Below, piece by piece: positions 26,695-35,496 of a stretch of DNA of 64,000 nt. The stretch covers positions 18,529-82,528 of the forward strand of contig VBFG01000041.1 in the NCBI GenBank assembly GCA_005882635.1. The letters are read 5' to 3'. Numbering within the stretch: position 1 is the stretch's first letter; every line of letters starts with the position of its first letter. The notes beneath the pieces were generated by a model that ran no database searches, was not told the DNA's origin, and worked only from the letters and a program-made list of their open reading frames with translations. Origin of the DNA: Chloroflexota bacterium (GTDB lineage Bacteria > Chloroflexota > Limnocylindria > Limnocylindrales > CSP1-4). Made by a program: the position numbers and the translations under genes.

Positions 26695-27183
26695 TCACGG
26701 GCCTCGAACCGGATCGTTGACGGAGTGACGAGGGCCAGGAAACACCGCCAACGTGACCCATGACCTGTCGCGCTCCAGGCTCAGGCTCGCGTCCCCGAGG
26801 CTGATCGTCGATCGGACGCCATCCCACGCACGGAGCCAGGCTCCAACCTCCGCCCGGACCGTCGTCAGGGGCAAGCTTGCCCCGACGAGATCGTCGAACA
26901 CCTGGCCTGCGGCACGGGGATCAGTCCCGCCAGGAACCTGGGCCGTCATCATGAAGACCCCGTGGTCGTCGCCGTCGACCAGGAGAGTCAGCGGGATGCC
27001 GCGGTGGTCACTGCGACAGGTCCACTGGAACAGCCCGCTCGGGACATTGTCGGCCCGCCGTTCGCCGCAGCTCAGGCCAAACGTGCTCCAGGCCTCGATC
27101 GAGGGAGCAACGGCTGCCGGAGTGGCGGACCGACAGCCGACGATTGCGGAGGCGATCAGGATGAGCGGCATGAGCCGACGCAC
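26695..27183 (-). CDS. hypothetical lipoprotein (162 aa)
   Basis: N-terminus MRRLMPLILIASAIVGC has n-region, hydrophobic core and lipobox-like IVGC; convergent with rpsI and divergent from argF; no recognisable domain. Confidence 0.6.
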   Translation of the reverse strand: MRRLMPLILIASAIVGCRSATPAAVAPSIEAWSTFGLSCGERRADNVPSGLFQWTCRSDHRGIPLTLLVDGDDHGVFMMTAQVPGGTDPRAAGQVFDDLVGASLPLTTVRAEVGAWLRAWDGVRSTISLGDASLSLERDRSWVTLAVFPGPRHSVNDPVRGP

Positions 27184-27244
27184 GACCCGGCGACGAACCG
27201 GGGCGCGCGGTTGTGGCGGGCCGTTCGGGTGGGGCTCGCTAGAG

Positions 27245-27258
27245 TGAGCACGTGCTCA
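27245..27258. promoter_or_regulatory. perfect 14-bp palindrome TGAGCACGTGCTCA overlapping argF start codons (operator candidate)
   Basis: Its reverse complement is identical to the sequence itself; sits between a TAGAGT hexamer (27240-27245) and the GTG 27252/ATG 27258 start codons of argF. Confidence 0.4.
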
Positions 27259-28211
27259 TGACCGACGCTCCGGCCGGTTCGCTGCGGGGGCGGGACCTGC
27301 TGTCCGTTGCCGATCTGAGCGCGGGCGAGGTCAACCGCATCTTCGATCGGGCGGCGGAGCTGAAGGCCGAGTTCCGGGCGGAGCGCCGCCACGCCGGGCC
27401 GCCCCTGGTGGGGCGGACGCTGGCGATGCTCTTCCAGCGGCCGAGCCTCCGGACCCGCGTGACGTTCGAGGCGGGGATGAACCAGCTCGGCGGGCACGCG
27501 GTGTACCTGACCGAGGACGTCGTCATGGGCGCCCGCGAGAGCGTCCGGGACGTGGCCCTCAATCTGGAGCGGTTCGTCGACGCGATCGTCGCCCGGACCG
27601 GGCCGCACGAGGTCGTCGTCGAGCTCGCGGCGCAAGCATCAATCCCGGTGATCAACGGCCTGACCCTGCGTGAGCATCCGTGCCAGGCGCTGACCGACCT
27701 GTTCACCCTGCGCGAGCGGTTCGGCGAGCTGCCCGGACGGGTCCTCGCGTTCGTGGGTGACGGGAACAACGTCTACCACTCGCTGGCGCTGCTCGGCGCG
27801 ATGCTCGGCCTCGAGGTTCGCCTCGCCCATCCGGCCGACTACAGCCCGAGCCATCGGATCGTCGACCAGGCCCGGGCGATCGCCCAGGAGACCGGTGCGA
27901 GGCTGGTCTTCGGTCGCGATCCGGCCGAGATCGTCCGGGGCGCCGACGTCGTCTACACCGACGCCTGGACGTCGATGGGCCAGGAGGCGGAGATGGAGGC
28001 GCGGCGCGATGCGTTCGGGGCCTATCGCGTCGACGACGCTCTCCTCGACGCGGCCGGTCCGACGGCAGTCGCGATGCACTGCCTGCCCGCCCACCGCGGC
28101 CAGGAGATCACGTCGGCGGTGATGGACGGATCGCGGAGCATCATCTGGGACCAGTCGGAGAACCGTCTCCACGTCCAGAAGGCGCTCCTCGTCGAGATCC
28201 TCGGCGGATGA
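27252..28211 (+). CDS. argF: ornithine carbamoyltransferase
   Basis: SLRTR (STRTR-like), HPCQ, SMG and HCLP motifs typical of OTCase; 319 aa; start GTG 27252 or ATG 27258. Confidence 0.85.
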   Translation: MLMTDAPAGSLRGRDLLSVADLSAGEVNRIFDRAAELKAEFRAERRHAGPPLVGRTLAMLFQRPSLRTRVTFEAGMNQLGGHAVYLTEDVVMGARESVRDVALNLERFVDAIVARTGPHEVVVELAAQASIPVINGLTLREHPCQALTDLFTLRERFGELPGRVLAFVGDGNNVYHSLALLGAMLGLEVRLAHPADYSPSHRIVDQARAIAQETGARLVFGRDPAEIVRGADVVYTDAWTSMGQEAEMEARRDAFGAYRVDDALLDAAGPTAVAMHCLPAHRGQEITSAVMDGSRSIIWDQSENRLHVQKALLVEILGG

Positions 28212-29386
28212 CCGGCTCGAAGGGCTCCGACTCCCGGCCCGCGGGCAAGGCCGGGCAGGGGACCCAGAAGGGGAGGCCCGCAGCCGCCGGGACGGGGAAA
28301 GGGTCGGACACCGGTTCGGGCTCGCTGTACGAGCGGTACAAGGACGCGCTGCGACGTGGCCACGTGGCCGCCCTCCGGGGCCGCCACGACGCCGCGATCG
28401 ACGCCTACGGTGAGGCGGCCGAGATCGCGCCCGACCGCGCCCTGCCGCATGCGAGCATCGGCGGGATCCTGGCCAGGATGGACCGTCCCGCGGACGCGGA
28501 GGTCGCCTACGAGCGAGCGCTGGATCTCGCCCCGCGCGACGAGGCCGCCCTTCGAGGCCTGGCCGAGGTGCTGACGCGTCTCGGGCGGCGGGCCGAGGCC
28601 GCGGCGGCCCTCGATCGCCTGTCCGACGCCCTCGACGCCAGCGGCCGGCTGGCCGACGCGACCGACACGGCCCGACGAGCCCTCGAGCTGGCGGAGTCCC
28701 GGCCCCGGCGGACGCATGTCGAGGAGCTGGCGACGCGGCTCCGTGCGGAGTCACCCGGCGACGAGGCGGCGGAGCGGGCGATAGCCCTGGCGATGCGATT
28801 GCTGGAGCCAGCGGAGGTCGCGCCGGAGCCGAGCGCCGCCGCCTCCGAGGTCGCCGAGCCCGAGGCCGCCGAGCCCGAGGTCGCCGAGCCCGAAATGGTC
28901 GAGGCCGAGGTGGTCGAGGCCGAACCCGAGGCGAAGCCGGTCGAAGCCGGCCAGGTCGAGGCCGCACCGGAGCAAGTCGAATCCGCCGTCGCCGAGGCGG
29001 AACCGGAGCCCGAGCCGGTCGAACCGGCTGGTCTCGGCATCGCCCTCGGCGCCGCTGCCGAGACCCGCCTCTACGCCGGCGACGGCGCCGAAGCGCGCGA
29101 GGGCCTCCTCGCTGCGGCTCGCGCCCACCGTCGTGCCGGTCGGCTCGTCGCCGCCGTCGACGCCTGCGACCTGGCGATCGGCGTCGCCCCCGCGGACCCC
29201 GACCTCCACCTGCTCCTCGCCGAGCTCTACCTCGATCGTGGCTGGCGGACGCTCGCCGTCGACAAGCTGTTGCTGCTCGGCCGGATCGCGGAGCTCGACG
29301 CCGACGCGGCGACCCGCGAGCGGCTCTGCGCGCTCGTCACGGCGCGCCTTCCGGACGAGCCGCGCCTCGCGGCGCTGTGCGCCTGA
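28208..29386 (+). CDS. TPR-like repeat protein with acidic AEPE/VEAE low-complexity spacer
   Basis: ATGA overlap with argF stop; helical Ala/Leu/Arg-rich repeats (AYGEAAEIAPDRALPHASIGGILARMDRPADAEVAYERALDLAP...) and (A/V)EPE repeat block. Confidence 0.6.
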   Translation: MTGSKGSDSRPAGKAGQGTQKGRPAAAGTGKGSDTGSGSLYERYKDALRRGHVAALRGRHDAAIDAYGEAAEIAPDRALPHASIGGILARMDRPADAEVAYERALDLAPRDEAALRGLAEVLTRLGRRAEAAAALDRLSDALDASGRLADATDTARRALELAESRPRRTHVEELATRLRAESPGDEAAERAIALAMRLLEPAEVAPEPSAAASEVAEPEAAEPEVAEPEMVEAEVVEAEPEAKPVEAGQVEAAPEQVESAVAEAEPEPEPVEPAGLGIALGAAAETRLYAGDGAEAREGLLAAARAHRRAGRLVAAVDACDLAIGVAPADPDLHLLLAELYLDRGWRTLAVDKLLLLGRIAELDADAATRERLCALVTARLPDEPRLAALCA

Positions 29387-29463
29387 GGACGACCCGCCGG
29401 ACGACCGGCGGACCTCGCCGTCCGGGCGGCCGGGCCCTCCTCGCGATGTAGACTTCGAGCACG

Positions 29464-30411
29464 ATGCCGCAGCTTCTGCAGTCGATCGTCGACCAGATCG
29501 ACCTGACCACGCTGGTCGACATCGGGATCACGGCGCTCCTCATCTACTGGCTCTTCAGCCTGATCCGGGGAACCCGTGCCGTCAGCCTCGTGATCGGCGT
29601 CAGCGTCCTGTTCGCGGTGTACGCCGCGGCCCGCGCCTTCGACCTGCGGCTCCTGACCCAGATCCTCCAGACCCTGGCGGTCGTCGGCTTATTCGCCCTC
29701 GTCGTCGTGTTCCAGCCGGAGCTCCGCCGGGCGCTCGACCGGATCGGCCGCGTCGGCTCGTTCAACTGGCTCTTCTCGCCGAGCGAGGCCCGGATCGGCG
29801 AGCACGTCGCCGCCGAGGTCGCCCGAGCGGCCGCCGGGCTGTCGGCGGACGGCCACGGCGCGCTGATCGTGCTCGAGCGCGAGACGGGCCTGGAGGAGGT
29901 CGCCGAGACGGGAGTGATGCTCCACGCCGACATCAGCGCCGACCTGATGCGGACGATCTTCGCGCCGAAGACTCCGCTCCACGACGGCGCGGTGATCATC
30001 CGCGAGGAGACGATCCTCGCCGCCGGGGCCCTCCTGCCGCTGGCCGAGATGACGGTCCACACGGAGCGGTTCGGGACCCGCCACCGGGCGGCTCTCGGGA
30101 TCACGGAGCAGACGGATGCGGCCGTCATCGTCGTGTCGGAGGAGAACGGCCAGGTCAGTCTCGTCGAGCGGGCCCGGATCGTGCGGAACCTGAGCGAGCC
30201 GCAGCTCGCCCGGGCGATCCGCGCCCTCCTCGCTCCGGGACGCGGCCGTGGCCCGTTGGGCGGCCCCCTGGGCGGGGTCGTCGAGCTGGGTGGGCGCGCC
30301 CCGCGGCTGGCCGACCTCGGTCGGATCGTCCGAAATCGATCGGGCCGGGCCGGGCGAGGCGGAACGATCGCAGATGACGAGGCGGCGACGCCGGTTCGAG
30401 CGCCGCGGTGA
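29464..30411 (+). CDS. cdaA: diadenylate cyclase CdaA (membrane-anchored DAC domain)
   Basis: N-terminal TM helices, DAC motifs ...DGAVIIREETI... and GTRHRAALGITEQTDAAVIVVSEENGQVSLV; Gly/Arg-rich tail. Confidence 0.9.
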   Translation: MPQLLQSIVDQIDLTTLVDIGITALLIYWLFSLIRGTRAVSLVIGVSVLFAVYAAARAFDLRLLTQILQTLAVVGLFALVVVFQPELRRALDRIGRVGSFNWLFSPSEARIGEHVAAEVARAAAGLSADGHGALIVLERETGLEEVAETGVMLHADISADLMRTIFAPKTPLHDGAVIIREETILAAGALLPLAEMTVHTERFGTRHRAALGITEQTDAAVIVVSEENGQVSLVERARIVRNLSEPQLARAIRALLAPGRGRGPLGGPLGGVVELGGRAPRLADLGRIVRNRSGRAGRGGTIADDEAATPVRAPR

Positions 30412-31646
30412 ACCGGGCCGTCCGGATCATCGTCCACAACTGGCCCCTCAAGGTCCTGGCGGTCATCCTGGCCTTCCTCCTCTATTCGGGGCTCGTCGTG
30501 TCGCAATCCACGTTCGAGTACCCCGGCTCGGTCCGGATCGAGATCGTCAACCAACCGACCGATGCCGTCGTGCTGGGCAACCTGCCGCCGGTGACCCGGA
30601 TCCGCTACATCGTCAACGGCGACGTCGGCGCCGGACCGACGCCCGACAGCTGGCGCGCGACGATCGACCTGGCCGGCGTCGATCCCGAAGCCGGCTCGTC
30701 GATCTACCGCGCGGTGAACGTGACGTCCATCGATCCGCGGTTCATCGTCATCGACTACGAGCCCCGCGGCATCAACGTCCAGCTCGATCCGTACAAGTCG
30801 TACGTCGTCCCGGTCACGGTGGACACCGGGACTCCGCCACCCGATCTCGAGGTCGAGGACCCGGTGACGAGCCAGGACACCGTCACCGTCTCCGGGCCGG
30901 ACTCCGTCGTGAAGTTCGTCGTCGAGGCCAAGGCCAACGTCACCATCGATCCGCACGGCCTGCCGGTCGACCGAGACGTCCCGTTGATTCCTGTCGACAA
31001 GCTCGGCAACGAGCTCAGCCCCGTCCGCGTCGATCCGGCGACCGTCCACGTCAAGATCAACGTCTTCACCAACGCCCAGACGAAGAACCTCGCCGTCAAC
31101 GCGATCGTGACCGGGAGGCCGCCAACCGGATACACGGTCGGAACGATCACGGTCGAGCCCACCAGCGTCCTGGCGAAAGGCGATGCCGCGAACCTTGCGA
31201 CGGTCACCACGGCCGACACAGCGCCCATCTCCGTCGGAGCCGCCACGAGCACGATCGAGACCGACGTGCCGCTCGCGTTGCCGTCGGGCGTCGTCGCGGT
31301 CGGCGCGACCACGGTCCACGTCACGATCACGATCAAGCCCGAGGACGGCACGCGCAGCTTCCAGGCGGGCCTCGTCCTGACCGGCGACCAGGCCGGCCTC
31401 CAGTACAGCCTCTCGACCCTGAACGTGCTGTTGTCGATCGGGGGGCCGGTCGCCGACCTCGACCGCCTCGACCCCGGCGGCATCCTGGTGCCGGTGGACG
31501 TCGCCGGCTTCGGACCGGGGACGCACTCGGTCCAACCGGCGCCGGTCCTCCAGGCCGGCCTGCGGCTGCTGCGGGTCGACCCGGCCACCGTGACGGTGAC
31601 GGTCAGCCCGCTCGGGAGTCCCGCGCCGGCCCCGTCCGGGCCCTGA
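30408..31646 (+). CDS. cdaR: CdaA regulatory protein CdaR (YbbR-like repeat protein)
   Basis: GTGA overlap with cdaA; N-terminus VNRAVRIIVHNWPLKVLAVILAFLLYSGLVVS typical of YbbR proteins; repeated beta-rich segments. Confidence 0.8.
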   Translation: MNRAVRIIVHNWPLKVLAVILAFLLYSGLVVSQSTFEYPGSVRIEIVNQPTDAVVLGNLPPVTRIRYIVNGDVGAGPTPDSWRATIDLAGVDPEAGSSIYRAVNVTSIDPRFIVIDYEPRGINVQLDPYKSYVVPVTVDTGTPPPDLEVEDPVTSQDTVTVSGPDSVVKFVVEAKANVTIDPHGLPVDRDVPLIPVDKLGNELSPVRVDPATVHVKINVFTNAQTKNLAVNAIVTGRPPTGYTVGTITVEPTSVLAKGDAANLATVTTADTAPISVGAATSTIETDVPLALPSGVVAVGATTVHVTITIKPEDGTRSFQAGLVLTGDQAGLQYSLSTLNVLLSIGGPVADLDRLDPGGILVPVDVAGFGPGTHSVQPAPVLQAGLRLLRVDPATVTVTVSPLGSPAPAPSGP

Positions 31647-31647
31647 C

Positions 31648-32982
31648 GTGCCCCGGCTGTTCGGAACGGATGGGATCCGGGGGGTCGCGAACGTCGAGCT
31701 GAAGCCGACGCTCGCGTACGCGCTCGGCCGGGCGACGGCTCACCGGCTCGTCGGCAAGAGCGGGCTCCTCGTCGTCGGCCAGGACACGCGACGGTCCGGC
31801 GACATGTTCGTCGCGGCCATCGCCGCGGGAGCGACGAGCCTCGGAAGCGACGTCCGGATCGCCGGTTGTGTCCCGACGCCGGCCCTCGCGTTCCTCGCCG
31901 GGACCGGCGACTTCGCCGCCGGCATCATGGTCTCGGCCTCGCACAACCCAGCCGACGACAACGGCTTGAAGGTCCTCGACGAGCACGGCCTGAAGCTGGA
32001 CGACAACGTCGAGGACGAGATCGAGCAGCTGATCTGGCGGACCGAGGAGCTCGGGTCGGTCGGCAACGCGGAGATCGGGCGGTCCGTGGTCGAGCCGTCG
32101 CTGCTGGATCGGTATCGGGAGCACCGGCTGGGGCTGGCCCGGAGTGTCGGCGCGGACGGTCTGCGGATCGTCCTCGACTGCGCCAACGGGTCGGGCGGCG
32201 TCGTCGGGCCGGAGATCCTGGCCGCGACGGGAGCGAGCGTCGAGACGATCCACAACGAGCCCGACGGGGTGAACATCAACGTCGGCTCCGGTGCGACGGC
32301 GCCGGCGTCGCTCGCGGCGACGGTCGCAGAGCGGGGCGCGGACGTCGGCTTCGCCCTCGACGGCGATGCGGACCGGCTCATCGCCGTCGACGCCGCCGGG
32401 CGGATCGTCGACGGCGATCAGGTGCTCGGGATCCTGGCCCTCGACCGGCTCGGGCGCGGTGTCCTGCCGGAGGGGGCGCTCGTCGTATCGGTCCTGTCGA
32501 ACGGCGGGCTCCAGGCCGCGGTCGAGGAGGCCGGCGGCCAGGTGATCCGCACTCCCGTCGGCGACAAGTACATCCTCGAAGGCATGCAGGTCTCGCGCGC
32601 CGGGCTCGGCGGCGAGAAGAGCGGCCACGTCATCGTCCTCGAGCACACGACCTCGGGGGACGGCATCGTCACCGCACTGGAGGTCCTCCGGGTGATGACG
32701 CGGGCGGGGCGACCGCTCGCCGACCTGGCGAGCGGCATCCCGCTGCTTCCGCAGCAGCAGCGCGCGGTGAAGGCTCGCCACAAGGACCAGTGGGAGGGCG
32801 ATCCGGCGATCCAGCGGGCGATCCGCGACGCGGAGACACGCCTCGGGAGCGGCGGCCGCGTCCTGGTCCGGCCGTCGGGCACGGAGCCGGCGCTGCGGGT
32901 CATGGTCGAAGGGCCCGATGCCGCCCTGGTGACCGAGCTGGCCGACGCGATCGCGGGTCTCGCGGGCGAGCGACTAAACTGA
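31648..32982 (+). CDS. glmM: phosphoglucosamine mutase
   Basis: VPRLFGTDGIRGVAN..., active-site SASHNP; 444 aa; GTG 2 nt after cdaR stop. Confidence 0.95.
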   Translation: MPRLFGTDGIRGVANVELKPTLAYALGRATAHRLVGKSGLLVVGQDTRRSGDMFVAAIAAGATSLGSDVRIAGCVPTPALAFLAGTGDFAAGIMVSASHNPADDNGLKVLDEHGLKLDDNVEDEIEQLIWRTEELGSVGNAEIGRSVVEPSLLDRYREHRLGLARSVGADGLRIVLDCANGSGGVVGPEILAATGASVETIHNEPDGVNINVGSGATAPASLAATVAERGADVGFALDGDADRLIAVDAAGRIVDGDQVLGILALDRLGRGVLPEGALVVSVLSNGGLQAAVEEAGGQVIRTPVGDKYILEGMQVSRAGLGGEKSGHVIVLEHTTSGDGIVTALEVLRVMTRAGRPLADLASGIPLLPQQQRAVKARHKDQWEGDPAIQRAIRDAETRLGSGGRVLVRPSGTEPALRVMVEGPDAALVTELADAIAGLAGERLN

Positions 32983-33060
32983 GCGCGCGGCGCCGGACGG
33001 GCGCCGATCACGAACCAGGCCCGACGGTCGCTGCCGCGGGACGCGGAGGACAACAGCGAC

Positions 33061-34893
33061 ATGTGCGGTATCGTCGGCTATACCGGGCCACGCGAGGCGG
33101 GCCCGATCCTGATCGAAGGCCTCCAGCGGCTCGAGTATCGCGGGTACGACTCGGCCGGGATCGCCCTCGTCGACGAGGAAGGCGACCTCTTCGTCGAGAA
33201 GAAGGCCGGCAAGCTGTCGAACCTCCAGACCGCGATCGCCGACCGGACGCCGCACGCCGCGATCGGGCTGGCCCACACCCGCTGGGCCACCCACGGCCGG
33301 CCGAACGACCTCAACGCCCATCCCCACCAGGACTGCACCGGCGACATCACGGTCATCCACAACGGGATCATCGAGAACTTCTCGGAGCTGAGGGATGGGC
33401 TGGAGGCGCGCGGCCACACGCTGACATCCGAGACCGACACCGAGGCGATCGCCCACCTCGTCGAGGAGGCCTACCAGGGCGACCTCGGCGATGCCGTCCG
33501 CGCCGCCCTGCGCCAGCTCGAGGGCGCCTACGCCCTCGTCGTCATGCACAAGGGCGAGCTGAGCCGGCTCGTCGGGGCGCGCCAGGACGTCCCGCTCGTC
33601 GTCGGCCTGCACGGCGAGGAGAGCTTCATCGCCAGCGACGTCGCGGCCATCCTGGCTCACACCAACCGGATCGTGTTCCTCGAGGAGGGCGACGTCGCCG
33701 ACGTCCACCCGACCGGTGTCGTGATCACCGACGTGGACGGCAATCCCCGGGAGCGCGCCGAGACCACGATCGACTGGACGCCCGAGGCCGCCGAGAAGGG
33801 TGGATTCGACCACTTCATGGCCAAGGAGATCCACGAGCAGCCCGAGGCGCTCCGCCAGTGCATCGCGGGCCGGGTGACCCGGGACGGCCGGATCCGGCTC
33901 GAGGAGATCGCCGGCCTCGACGAGCAGCTGCGGGCCGCGACCCGGATCGAGCTCGTCGCCTGCGGCTCGGCGTACTACGCGGCGCTCGTCGGTGCTGCCG
34001 CGCTCCAGGAGTGGACGGGCCTGCCCGCGCGGGCCACGGTGGGATCCGAGTTCCGCTACGGCCCGCCGCCGCTCGACGGGCAGACGCTCGTGATCGCGGT
34101 CACCCAGTCTGGCGAGACCGCCGACACGATCGCCCCGACCCGCCACGCCCGCGAGCAGGGCTGCCCGATCATCGCGGTCACGAACACGGTCGGCTCGGCG
34201 ATCACCCGCGAGGCCGACGCGGTCGTGTTCCTGCAGGCCGGTCCCGAGATCGCGGTCGCGGCATCGAAGACGTTCACCACCCAGGTGACCACGCTGGTCA
34301 TCCTCGCGGCGGCGATCGCGAAGGCCCGCGGGGCGCTCGACGAGGCCTTCGAGCAGGAGCTGGCCGAGGCGCTCCATGCGCTCCCGGCGGCTGCCCAGCG
34401 CGTGCTCGACACCGCCGGCCCGGACGCCCCGGCGATCGCCCGCCGCTACGTCAACTCGCGCGGTTTCATGTTCGTCGGCCGTGGCTACTCGATGCCGACG
34501 GCGCTCGAGGGCGCCCTCAAGCTCAAGGAGGTGAGCTACGTCCACGCCGAGGGCTACCCGGCGGGAGAGCTGAAGCACGGCCCGATCTCCCTGCTCGACG
34601 CCGAGTACCCGCTGGTCGCCGTCGCGACGCAGTCGCGGGTGTACGACAAGGTGATCAGCAACGTCATGGAGGGCCGCGCCCGCGACGCGCGCGTGATCGC
34701 GGTCGCCACCGAGGGCGACGACCAGGTCCGCCGCTATGCCGACGACGTCTGGTTCGTCCCCGACATCCACGAGGCGCTCAGCCCGGTGATCGGGATCATC
34801 CCGCTCCAGCTGTTCGCCTACCACGTGGCGGTGGCGCGGGGCACGGACGTCGACCAGCCCCGGAACCTCGCCAAGTCGGTCACCGTGGAGTAG
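33061..34893 (+). CDS. glmS: glutamine--fructose-6-phosphate aminotransferase (isomerizing)
   Basis: MCGIVGY N-terminal nucleophile, 610 aa, SIS domains, C-terminal ...NLAKSVTVE. Confidence 0.96.
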   Translation: MCGIVGYTGPREAGPILIEGLQRLEYRGYDSAGIALVDEEGDLFVEKKAGKLSNLQTAIADRTPHAAIGLAHTRWATHGRPNDLNAHPHQDCTGDITVIHNGIIENFSELRDGLEARGHTLTSETDTEAIAHLVEEAYQGDLGDAVRAALRQLEGAYALVVMHKGELSRLVGARQDVPLVVGLHGEESFIASDVAAILAHTNRIVFLEEGDVADVHPTGVVITDVDGNPRERAETTIDWTPEAAEKGGFDHFMAKEIHEQPEALRQCIAGRVTRDGRIRLEEIAGLDEQLRAATRIELVACGSAYYAALVGAAALQEWTGLPARATVGSEFRYGPPPLDGQTLVIAVTQSGETADTIAPTRHAREQGCPIIAVTNTVGSAITREADAVVFLQAGPEIAVAASKTFTTQVTTLVILAAAIAKARGALDEAFEQELAEALHALPAAAQRVLDTAGPDAPAIARRYVNSRGFMFVGRGYSMPTALEGALKLKEVSYVHAEGYPAGELKHGPISLLDAEYPLVAVATQSRVYDKVISNVMEGRARDARVIAVATEGDDQVRRYADDVWFVPDIHEALSPVIGIIPLQLFAYHVAVARGTDVDQPRNLAKSVTVE

Positions 34894-34902
34894 CGGCGTC
34901 CG

Positions 34903-35496
34903 ATGCTCCCCGCCGATCCGCCCGCCGGCACATCGGAGCTCGGCATCGACATCATCAAGGTCGACCGGATCCGGCGGTCGATCGAGCGGTTCGGCGAGCG
35001 GTTCGCGAAGCGGGTCCTGACGCCGGGCGAGCAGCGCTACGTCCGGCTGCGGCCGGAGACGTTCGCCGGTCGATGGGCGGCCAAGGAGGCGGTCAGCAAG
35101 GTGCTCGGCCTGGGCGTCCGCGGGATCGGCTGGCGCGACATCGAGGTCGAGCGGCTGCCGACCGGCCAGCCGGCGGTCCGGCTCCGCGGCCGGGCCGCCG
35201 CTCGGGCGCAGCAGCTCGGCATGGACCGCATCGCGCTGTCGATCAGCCACGAATCCGACTACGCGGTGGCCATCGCCTACGGCGTCCGAACGGCCGGCGG
35301 TCGCTATGTCTTCCCGCTCGACATCGACGACCGGCTGGACGACCGCGAGCGACGCATCCTGGCCCGGATGGAGCGGCTCCGCGAGCTGCATGCGGCGCAG
35401 GTGGCGGTCGCCGAGTCGAGCGAGGTCGGACGTGACGAGACCGACGACGAGGCGGTCGTGACGATCCGGGACGCGGGCGAGCCGGAGCGTGGCTGA
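34903..35496 (+). CDS. acpS: holo-[acyl-carrier-protein] synthase with ~70-aa C-terminal extension
   Basis: GIDIIKVDRI...FAKRVLTPGEQ...WAAKEAVSKVLG 4'-phosphopantetheinyl transferase motifs; 197 aa versus typical ~125. Confidence 0.85.
   Translation: MLPADPPAGTSELGIDIIKVDRIRRSIERFGERFAKRVLTPGEQRYVRLRPETFAGRWAAKEAVSKVLGLGVRGIGWRDIEVERLPTGQPAVRLRGRAAARAQQLGMDRIALSISHESDYAVAIAYGVRTAGGRYVFPLDIDDRLDDRERRILARMERLRELHAAQVAVAESSEVGRDETDDEAVVTIRDAGEPERG

Noticed and set aside
28790-28990. Imperfect nucleotide repeats (gccgagcccgaggtcgcc...) suggestive of a repeat array
   Set aside because: They encode the AEPE/VEAE low-complexity block of the TPR protein, not a non-coding repeat or CRISPR.
29133-30377. 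414-aa + strand ORF spanning TPR gene end and cdaA
   Set aside because: Alternate frame of two supported genes; Arg/Pro-rich nonsense translation.
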